Shown here: positions 22,577 through 28,528 of the stretch, piece after piece
How the letters are laid out: every line of letters begins with the position of its first letter
How positions within the stretch are numbered: position 1 is the stretch's first letter
Virus record (IMG/VR): IMGVR_UViG_3300038336_000021
Length of the DNA: 34,293 bases
DNA from: a virus
Strand: one strand, 5' to 3'
Program-made: the position numbers and the translations under genes
Notes under the pieces: model-generated
What the model was told of the DNA's origin: nothing
Seen by the model: the letters and a program-made list of their open reading frames with translations, nothing else
Databases searched by the model: none

Positions 22577-22842
22577 CACTTCGTCCTCATGAAGTTCTTG
22601 ATCTGGTTGCCTGATCGTTGTGGTCGGCGGCGCAGCTCTTGCTTCTTCTCACGCTTGCGGCGATCCTCATCGGACTCTGCGCGGCGTGGCTTGAAGCCTG
22701 CCTTCGATGGGACAGGGATGCCGAGCTTCTCAGCTGCCTGGACGGCTGCCCAGTAGCCCGACCCGCCACTCTTATTTCTCAGACGGCGCTCGACGACGAC
22801 GCGCTGCTGTGCTTCAGGGTAACTGCTGATACTTTTGGTCAT
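22576..22842 (-). CDS. Basic hypothetical protein (88 aa), possible DNA-binding
   Basis: First gene after P22, with RBS TAGGAGACCAACCtATG. It has a very basic C-terminus and a possible HTH around GYWAAVQAAEKLGI. Confidence 0.6.
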   Translation of the reverse strand: MTKSISSYPEAQQRVVVERRLRNKSGGSGYWAAVQAAEKLGIPVPSKAGFKPRRAESDEDRRKREKKQELRRRPQRSGNQIKNFMRTK

Positions 22843-22874
22843 AGGTTGGTCTCCTATTATGTTGATGTAACTCT

Positions 22875-22903
22875 ACTATATAGCGTTCGTGGTTAAAGCA
22901 CAA
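22875..22903 (-). promoter_or_regulatory. Early promoter cassette P22 (TTGTGC-17-TATAGT)
   Basis: The minus strand reads TTGTGCtttaaccacgaacgctaTATAGT, a degenerate copy of the shared spacer, followed by the same leader/RBS architecture. Confidence 0.6.
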
Positions 22904-22926
22904 GCGCGACCTGTGGCCGCGCTGTG
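22899..22926 (-). terminator. Bulged hairpin after gene 22932-23168 (weak terminator or attenuator overlapping the P22 -35 box)
   Basis: On the minus strand: CACAGCGCG-9 nt-CGCGCT(T)GTG followed only by CTTTAA. The U-tract is poor. Confidence 0.3.
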
Positions 22927-22931
22927 GAAAA

Positions 22932-23168
22932 CTACTCGCCGATCTGGTGGGTGATCGTTTTGTTCTGCTTGTCACCCTTCATGTGCTTGTTGCCGATCCG
23001 CCAGGCTTCGTGAGTCGGATCACGGAAGAGGCCATAGTTCTTCGCGAACTTGCGGCGCTGCTTGCGGTTCATGTTCAACTGGCCGATCGGAACGCGTTCA
23101 TCCCTGCGCTGCTCAGAGTCCTGCAGGTTGTTGTCGTTCGATGGTGCTTGGGTTCGTTGATCGCTCAT
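22932..23168 (-). CDS. Hypothetical basic protein (78 aa)
   Basis: ORF with an ATGA overlap with the upstream gene. Confidence 0.6.
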   Translation of the reverse strand: MSDQRTQAPSNDNNLQDSEQRRDERVPIGQLNMNRKQRRKFAKNYGLFRDPTHEAWRIGNKHMKGDKQNKTITHQIGE

Positions 23169-23422
23169 GCTGCCTCCTTCTTATATGGGAACTCACGCTG
23201 GGCGATCTCGATGCCTTTGCGGCGGATGATCACCAGGTTGCCGTCGGGTACTTGACGGACGTTGATCGTCACGTCGAAGCGGCGGGCCAGCCACTTCCAG
23301 CCAGTGGTCTCGATGAGCCACCACCTGGTAGGACCGAGAGCGCGGCGGATCCGCGACTCCATCCACTCAGCCTCTTTGATGCCGTGGGTCTTTGATATTT
23401 TGTCGATGTACTGCTTGATCAC
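23165..23422 (-). CDS. Hypothetical protein (85 aa)
   Basis: I place the start at GTG 23422 (GGAGG 6 nt upstream, GTGA overlap with the 45-aa gene) rather than the track start 23452. Confidence 0.55.
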   Translation of the reverse strand: MIKQYIDKISKTHGIKEAEWMESRIRRALGPTRWWLIETTGWKWLARRFDVTINVRQVPDGNLVIIRRKGIEIAQREFPYKKEAA

Positions 23423-23556
23423 TTCGGACCTCCTTCTGTATACCAGCGCCACCAGATCCAGAGCACGACGATGAGGACGTAGCCTGCGGCGGCGGTGATG
23501 TTTATTATCGTATCGAACACTCGGCGGGCTGTCGACTTCCTTCGTATGATCTGCAT
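23419..23556 (-). CDS. Small membrane protein (45 aa)
   Basis: This is the last 45 codons of the 187-aa track ORF: MQIIRRKSTARRVFDTIINITAAAGYVLIVVLWIWWRWYTEGGPK. TGATG overlap with the upstream gene. Confidence 0.5.
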   Translation of the reverse strand: MQIIRRKSTARRVFDTIINITAAAGYVLIVVLWIWWRWYTEGGPK

Positions 23557-23774
23557 CACTTCATCCTCCAGCCGTTGCGGAAGCGCCAGTTGCGGAGCTT
23601 GACGACTTCGCGGTTGTGCTTCTGCTGGAGCTTGATGCAAGCCCACTCCCATCGCATCGTCAGCGCTGCCAGGAAGGCGAGGCTGGCGATCTTCACGTTC
23701 CAGGATGCCTCGAACGTGGTGCTGCTCATGTTGCGGTACTCGTGCTTCATCAGGAAGAGGATCTGCTTGCTCAT
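23556..23774 (-). CDS. Small membrane protein (72 aa)
   Basis: ORF with an ATGA overlap upstream. Central hydrophobic segment VKIASLAFLAALTM. Confidence 0.55.
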   Translation of the reverse strand: MSKQILFLMKHEYRNMSSTTFEASWNVKIASLAFLAALTMRWEWACIKLQQKHNREVVKLRNWRFRNGWRMK

Positions 23775-24052
23775 AGTAGGTCCTCCTCACGATCCCCGAC
23801 GAGTCGATCGAAGAGCTCGTCGACTTCATGATCCTCGATCCCAGTGCAGTCGATCGCTGGGCAGAGAACGCCGTCCTGGCCATGGCAGCCGCAGCTGACA
23901 TTCCCTTCGGAGTCGATCCCGCTGCAGCACGCCTTCTCGATGTAGGCTTCAGTGTGAGGGCAGCGGAACTCGCCATCCTCATCCATGATCATCTCAGTCG
24001 GCGTCAGGTTGCGGACCGAGATCTTGACTGATACTCCCACCACCTGGCTCAT
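23771..24052 (-). CDS. Cys-rich acidic protein (93 aa), possible metal-binding
   Basis: Seven Cys plus His in CPHTEAYIEKACCSGIDSEGNVSCGCHGQDGVLCPAIDC. ATGA overlaps at both ends. Confidence 0.6.
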   Translation of the reverse strand: MSQVVGVSVKISVRNLTPTEMIMDEDGEFRCPHTEAYIEKACCSGIDSEGNVSCGCHGQDGVLCPAIDCTGIEDHEVDELFDRLVGDREEDLL

Positions 24053-24228
24053 GACTTCACCTTCTCCTGGTCGACATACTTGCCGAGCTCTTTGATGGCG
24101 TGCTCAAGAGCGTCCTGGTAGTTGTCGAAGTATACTGGGCGATCGTCTTCTCCCAGGGCCATCGCAGATCGGCGGACTTCACAGGTGAAGCCGTTGCTGA
24201 TCTGCTCGATGTTCACTGATGTGTCCAT
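24049..24228 (-). CDS. Hypothetical protein (59 aa)
   Basis: I place the start at ATG 24228 (GGAGG 7 nt upstream) rather than the track start 24279. Confidence 0.55.
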   Translation of the reverse strand: MDTSVNIEQISNGFTCEVRRSAMALGEDDRPVYFDNYQDALEHAIKELGKYVDQEKVKS

Positions 24229-24230
24229 GA

Positions 24231-24407
24231 CTATGCCTCCGCCTCGACGTACTTGTTGATGAAGTAGGGCATCTGCCATCCAGCCAGGCGTTCGATGATC
24301 TTGCCTGACTTGCAGACGAAGATGGTGTCGCGCTTCTGGCAGTAGAAGCCGAGAGTGAGGGGATCGTTCTCGGACTGCTTGAGTGTTTTTTGTAGTGTTG
24401 GCTTCAT
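24231..24407 (-). CDS. Hypothetical protein (58 aa), below the ORF-track cutoff
   Basis: Hand translation: MKPTLQKTLKQSENDPLTLGFYCQKRDTIFVCKSGKIIERLAGWQMPYFINKYVEAEA. First gene after P24, with RBS TGGAGACCAACCcATG. Confidence 0.6.
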   Translation of the reverse strand: MKPTLQKTLKQSENDPLTLGFYCQKRDTIFVCKSGKIIERLAGWQMPYFINKYVEAEA

Positions 24408-24438
24408 GGGTTGGTCTCCATTTATGTTGCTATCAGTA

Positions 24439-24467
24439 GTATATACCGTCCGTGCTTACGTTGTCAA
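24439..24467 (-). promoter_or_regulatory. Early promoter cassette P24 (TTGACA-17-ATATAC / 16-TATATA)
   Basis: The minus strand reads TTGACAacgtaagcacggacggtATATAC, followed by the leader tactgatagcaacataaatGGAGACCAACCcATG. Confidence 0.75.
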
Positions 24468-24584
24468 GCGTTTTTGTTCGTGCTTTTCGTTCTGCTTGTG
24501 CTCGGCTATAATCGCATCAGGTCAGGGACTCTCTTGAGTGTCACCTTCGGGTGATCGGTTGGTCTCCGCCCTGGCCTACCTTGA

Positions 24585-24926
24585 CTACAGCTCGCCCATC
24601 TCGCGGCGAGCGAGTACGTTGAAGAGGCCCCCAGGTGATCGGTTGCCATCTGCCTTCGCTATCTGCGCCAGGCGCATGACAACTTCTCGGCTGAGCTTCC
24701 AGGCGACCTTGCAATAGAAGCGGCGTGATCGTTCGGATCCGAAGATCCTGACCAGCTCATCTGCTATCATGTCCACCTCTGAGCCAGCGGTGTCGTTTTT
24801 CAGGGGCTTGACAGCCGTGCTATTTTTACCAATGTCATTGACAATGGGAGAGATCTCTTTTTGTTTTTGCTCCAATGCCATTGAGCGTGTACTCAAGGCA
24901 TCGGCTAGTGATGAAGTAGTTGTCAT
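24585..24926 (-). CDS. First leftward gene: hypothetical DNA-binding / possible replication-initiator-like or regulatory protein (113 aa)
   Basis: I place the start at ATG 24926 (GGAAGG 6 nt upstream) rather than GTG 24989. The C-terminus SRRFYCKVAWKLSREVVMRLAQIAKADGNRSPGGLFNVLARRE resembles the C-terminal ...NPxG-aromatic-aliphatic tails I recall in some phage/plasmid replication-organiser proteins (weak). Confidence 0.5.
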   Translation of the reverse strand: MTTTSSLADALSTRSMALEQKQKEISPIVNDIGKNSTAVKPLKNDTAGSEVDMIADELVRIFGSERSRRFYCKVAWKLSREVVMRLAQIAKADGNRSPGGLFNVLARREMGEL

Positions 24927-24964
24927 CAGTTGCCTTCCCACTCCAGGCGTGCTACTATGAGGGC

Positions 24965-24976
24965 AGATCGTAGAAC
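24965..24976. repeat. Direct repeat R1a AGATCGTAGAAC (operator/iteron candidate)
   Basis: An identical 12-mer recurs at 25041-25052. This copy lies between the putative -35 and -10 boxes of the leftward promoter of gene 24585-24926. Confidence 0.6.
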
Positions 24977-24997
24977 AAAATAGTCCCACGAAGAGAC

Positions 24998-25030
24998 CTC
25001 TCAGTTGCCGCTGAGAGTTCTTTATTTTTT
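24998..25030 (+). terminator. Strong + strand rho-independent terminator with no + strand gene upstream
   Basis: CTCTCAG (24998-25004) pairs with CTGAGAG (25011-25017) across a 6-nt loop, followed by TTCTTTATTTTTT. Confidence 0.7.
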
Positions 25031-25040
25031 AAGGTATTTT

Positions 25041-25052
25041 AGATCGTAGAAC
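25041..25052. repeat. Direct repeat R1b AGATCGTAGAAC
   Basis: Exact copy of 24965-24976, 76 bp away on the other side of the terminator hairpin. Confidence 0.6.
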
Positions 25053-25164
25053 TTGCGGTTGTTTATGTTGCGCCGACACGCTGCCGACTTCAAGTTCTGG
25101 ACTCTACTATAGGCTCGATCGAAGCCTTGCACAAGTCCGTTGAAAATGTTTATGCTCGGCCGCC

Positions 25165-25177
25165 ATGTGGACAACTC
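25165..25177. repeat. Direct repeat R2a ATGTGGACAACTC
   Basis: An identical 13-mer recurs at 25234-25246 (69-bp spacing). Confidence 0.6.
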
Positions 25178-25233
25178 AAAGCGCTTCCAGATGAGCCCCT
25201 GAGTAGAGGGCCCTGTGCATAACTCGGGCCAAA

Positions 25234-25246
25234 ATGTGGACAACTC
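25234..25246. repeat. Direct repeat R2b ATGTGGACAACTC, overlapping the -35 region of the late promoter
   Basis: It ends 5 nt before the TGcTATAAT element. Confidence 0.6.
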
Positions 25247-25251
25247 CGCTG

Positions 25252-25260
25252 TGCTATAAT
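25252..25260 (+). promoter_or_regulatory. Late-operon promoter, extended -10 type (TGcTATAAT) with no recognisable -35
   Basis: Perfect TATAAT at 25255-25260 with TG at 25252-25253. It lies 36 nt upstream of ATG 25297. The leader ccataaccacataaaactaGGAGACCAACCctATG resembles the early leaders. Confidence 0.6.
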
Positions 25261-25296
25261 CGAACCATAACCACATAAAACTAGGAGACCAACCCT

Positions 25297-25689
25297 ATGA
25301 GTATGATCGACACGGACATGGTCCGCTCAGCACTAACTTCAGCAGCCAGCGCAGCAGGTGCGCCCACGGAGATGTTCGACATCCTGATCCCAGTCGACGA
25401 TGGACGCAGCGAGGGCCCATTGAAGATCGGCCAGATGTTCGGATCGGACCTGATCCAGCATCCTGATGTTCCCGATGGGCAGATGTACATCAAGCGCCGA
25501 CCTGCCGAGAACTTCCACCCGCAGGCCATGCTCGACGATCTCCAGGAGACTCGTCACATGCTGATAGACTTGAAGGATCCGAAGGGCCGCTGGTCCGACA
25601 AGGAAGTGATCCTCGACAGTGCGATCGAGATCGTGGACGGCGAGACTCAACATCAACAGCAACTCATTCAGAAGGGACCGAAGTCATGA
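25297..25689 (+). CDS. Hypothetical protein (130 aa), first gene of the rightward operon
   Basis: ORF with the GGAGACCAACC RBS. No family recognised. Confidence 0.65.
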   Translation: MSMIDTDMVRSALTSAASAAGAPTEMFDILIPVDDGRSEGPLKIGQMFGSDLIQHPDVPDGQMYIKRRPAENFHPQAMLDDLQETRHMLIDLKDPKGRWSDKEVILDSAIEIVDGETQHQQQLIQKGPKS

Positions 25690-26351
25690 AGATCTTCCGC
25701 GACAAGCGCCGCATCATTATCAAGCTAGGTGAGAGCACTGGCATCAAGCTCGAGTGGGGCACCCTCGGGTGGCTCGGCTTCGCGTACCGCCAGGACCCGA
25801 ACGGCTTCACCTTGAACTTCTTCCTGATCGTCAACCTGCACGTCAGCTATGCGAGCGGCAAAGATCTCGGCGATCGTGAGGTCAAAACATGGGGAGGCTT
25901 CCTCATGCCGAAGCAGATGATCGCCACATGGCAGTGGGCCTGGACTGGCGGCGGCTCTGAGATGTCGAAGCCTGGATCGTTCAAGGAGTGGAACTTCGGG
26001 GACCAGATCTTCGGGGCTCCTGTCTTCACAGAGCGAACTCTCGGGACATTCCTGCGAGATCTTGAGATGCCTGAGCAGACATACCAGCTGGAGATCACTG
26101 TGGATGAAGGCGCCTGGAAGCGTCCTCGCAGTCCGTTCACCCGCCGCGTCTGGCGTGCGAAGATCGAAGTCGCTGATGGCGGTGAGATCCCAGTGCCGAT
26201 GCCTGAAGGCGAAGACTCTGCGACATACGGCGAGACTCGCAACGATACGAAGACACCACTCCCGACCAGGATCGTCGAGTCCTACAAGCGGGATCTGATG
26301 GAAGAACGGCGCGTTGTGGGTGGATCCTACGACTGGCAGCCAAAGGCTTGA
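25686..26351 (+). CDS. Hypothetical protein (221 aa)
   Basis: ATGA overlap and phage-typical codon usage. The long antisense ORF 25725-26495 is rejected. Confidence 0.65.
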   Translation: MKIFRDKRRIIIKLGESTGIKLEWGTLGWLGFAYRQDPNGFTLNFFLIVNLHVSYASGKDLGDREVKTWGGFLMPKQMIATWQWAWTGGGSEMSKPGSFKEWNFGDQIFGAPVFTERTLGTFLRDLEMPEQTYQLEITVDEGAWKRPRSPFTRRVWRAKIEVADGGEIPVPMPEGEDSATYGETRNDTKTPLPTRIVESYKRDLMEERRVVGGSYDWQPKA

Positions 26352-26373
26352 CAATAGAGTATAGTGAGGGTAT

Positions 26374-26994
26374 ATGGCAGCGAAGAAAAAACCATCGACG
26401 GCAGCAGCAGAGAAGGCCCTGAAGAAGGTCCAGCTCAAGAGTGCTCCGAAGAAGCCAGCCAAGAAGGCCCCAGTCAAGCGGAAGGCCCCTCGCAAAACTA
26501 CCCCGAAGATCGACTGGATCAGTGCCCTCCAGGACTATCTGACCGACGGCTTCATGACCTACAAGGACATCGCCGAGAAGTACAAAGTCAGCCAGACGGC
26601 CGTTGAGAAGCACGCGTCCGCTGCAGGTTGGGGAGAACTACGGAACAAGTTGGGCGAACAGGCCACGAACCTGATCATCAAGAAGCTGGCTACGAAGAAG
26701 GCCACAGCCAACGATCGACACCTGTCAAACTACACCACACTGACCGCGAAGATCATGCTCTCGATCGACAAGCTGAGTGACGATGCAGATCCTGGCGATA
26801 TTATGTCGCTTGCTCGGGCCCTCAAAGTTGCCCAGGATGGTGAGCGCGTGGTGCTCGGCCTACCGACCAGCGTCAACACGATCACAGGCAAGGATGGCGA
26901 CAACGTCTGGAACGGCTTCGCCGACATGATCAAGGCCGCGAAGGAGGTGGTGGATGGACAGGGAGAGAGCTCGCCAACTACTGGCGCTTCATAA
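26374..26994 (+). CDS. terS: Terminase small subunit
   Basis: Lys/Ala/Pro-rich N-terminus, then an HTH-like YKDIAEKYKVSQTAVEKHA. It lies immediately upstream of the large terminase and overlaps it. Confidence 0.65.
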   Translation: MAAKKKPSTAAAEKALKKVQLKSAPKKPAKKAPVKRKAPRKTTPKIDWISALQDYLTDGFMTYKDIAEKYKVSQTAVEKHASAAGWGELRNKLGEQATNLIIKKLATKKATANDRHLSNYTTLTAKIMLSIDKLSDDADPGDIMSLARALKVAQDGERVVLGLPTSVNTITGKDGDNVWNGFADMIKAAKEVVDGQGESSPTTGAS

Positions 26995-28504
26995 GGCCAT
27001 TCAACTGGACCCGCTGTTCGTCACTCGTGAGATGATCGGCGAGAAGCCATGGTGGGCCCAGGAGGAGATCCTCAAGTCGATCCGCGTCAACAAGGTGACG
27101 ACCGTCCGATCGTGCCACGACGTCGGCAAGTCATACACCGCAAGCCGTGCAGCCATCGACTTCCTCACTGCCTTCGAGGACAGCATCGTTGTGACGACCG
27201 CTCCGACCTTCCGCCAGGTGGAGCATGTGATCTGGCGCGAGATCCGCGGTGCTCACAAGAAGTCGAAGATCCCACTCGGCGGCAAGATGCTCAAGACTCG
27301 CCTGGACTACTCGGAGGAGTGGTATGCGATCGGCATCAGCACCAACGATCCAGACCGCTTCCAGGGCTTCCACGCCAAGAGCGGCCACATACTGGTGATC
27401 GTTGACGAGGCGGCTGGTGTATCGGCCGACGTCTTCCAGGCTATCGACGCGCTGCTCACTACTGGCGGCGCTCGCTTGCTACTGATCGGGAACCCGACGT
27501 CACTGTCTGGGCGCTTCTATGACAGCCATCACAAGGAGACCCGCAGCACCAAGAAGATCCACATCTCCTGCTTCAACACTCCGAACTTCACGAACAACGG
27601 CATCCACAACATCGCCGACCTGAAGCGGGTGAACCTGGACAACATCGAGATCACCCATCCATACTTGATCACTCCAGAGTGGGCGCTCGACATGATCCTC
27701 CGCCACGGCGAGACGAACCCGATCGTGCAGAGCCGTGTCCTGGGTGAGTTCCCATCGGCCCAGGCGAACACGCTGATGCCGCTCAACTACATCGAAGCAG
27801 CGATCGAACTCCGCAAGGATCTCGACGACATCGACAACCCGAACGACAGCCCAGAAGAGCGGGCCCGCAAGGCTGCGATCCGCAAGCAGTTCCTCGGCCG
27901 ACCGTCCGCTGCAGCAGACCCCGCTCGCTATGGTGACGACAAGACTGTGATCACTGAGCGTGAAGGTGGCTACGTCCACGATCTGACCGTACATGGCAAG
28001 GAGAACACAGCCCAGACTGCAGGTCGGCTCAAGATCATCGGCGCCCAGGACTACATCTCGATCGACACCGACGGCGTGGGTGGTGGTGTCGCTGACATCC
28101 TGGAGGACGATGGCTACACCAACATCATCCAGATCATGAACAACGCCAAGGCCTGGCCCGAAGAGGGAGCTCAAAGTCTCCGCGGCCTGACCTTCGCGAA
28201 CCTCCGATCCCAGCTGTACTACCACTTCGCCGAGCGTCTGAAGAAGGGCGAGATCGCGCTGCCTGACGATCCTGACCTAGCGGCCGAGCTCGCAGTGATG
28301 CGCTTCTTCGTTACAAGGCAGGGCATCGCGGTCCAGTCGAAGGACGACATCAAGAAGGATCTCAACCGATCGCCTGACCGTGCTGACTCCGTGGTGTACG
28401 CCTTCGCCAGTGACTTCATGGCCCAGGCAAATGCTCCCTCAAAAGTCAAGCCTAGTGTAGGGAAAAAGACATCCGAGCTGTACAATGAGAGCAAACAGTT
28501 TTAA
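26954..28504 (+). CDS. terL: Terminase large subunit
   Basis: 516 aa with a Walker A-like RSCHDVGKSYT, Walker B ILVIVDEAAG, and a nuclease-type acidic C-terminal half. RBS AAGGAGGtggtggATG. Confidence 0.85.
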   Translation: MDRERARQLLALHKAIQLDPLFVTREMIGEKPWWAQEEILKSIRVNKVTTVRSCHDVGKSYTASRAAIDFLTAFEDSIVVTTAPTFRQVEHVIWREIRGAHKKSKIPLGGKMLKTRLDYSEEWYAIGISTNDPDRFQGFHAKSGHILVIVDEAAGVSADVFQAIDALLTTGGARLLLIGNPTSLSGRFYDSHHKETRSTKKIHISCFNTPNFTNNGIHNIADLKRVNLDNIEITHPYLITPEWALDMILRHGETNPIVQSRVLGEFPSAQANTLMPLNYIEAAIELRKDLDDIDNPNDSPEERARKAAIRKQFLGRPSAAADPARYGDDKTVITEREGGYVHDLTVHGKENTAQTAGRLKIIGAQDYISIDTDGVGGGVADILEDDGYTNIIQIMNNAKAWPEEGAQSLRGLTFANLRSQLYYHFAERLKKGEIALPDDPDLAAELAVMRFFVTRQGIAVQSKDDIKKDLNRSPDRADSVVYAFASDFMAQANAPSKVKPSVGKKTSELYNESKQF

Positions 28505-28528
28505 CATAAGCACAAGGAAGATGACCAC

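Noticed and set aside
23419-23982. 187-aa minus-strand ORF spanning three smaller ORFs
   Set aside because: Its first ~140 codons overlap the better-supported, translationally coupled genes 23556-23774 and 23771-24052 in another frame and give an Ala/Arg/Ser-rich product. Only its last 45 codons are kept as a gene (from ATG 23556, TGATG-coupled, hydrophobic peptide).
24355-24537. 60-aa plus-strand ORF across promoter P24, and 63-aa plus-strand ORF at 24769-24960
   Set aside because: They have no RBS and give hydrophobic/Cys-rich products of out-of-frame type. They overlap the promoter/leader cassette and the better-supported minus-strand gene, respectively.
25022-25276. 84-aa minus-strand ORF filling the divergent control region
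   Set aside because: It has no Shine-Dalgarno upstream; its ATG lies inside the late-gene leader. Its codon usage (tta, ttg, ata, aca) is atypical for this phage. Its internal ELSTFWP / ELSTWRP repeat is simply the translation of the R2 DNA repeats. It overlaps the late promoter. I treat it as non-coding regulatory DNA.
26348-26376. TTGACA-17-TATATG promoter-like element just before the small terminase gene
   Set aside because: The -10 hexamer overlaps the terS ATG, so a transcript from it would start inside the coding sequence with no alternative in-frame start nearby. The TTGACA may be fortuitous or a relic. It is noted only because the upstream TGA stop is embedded in it.
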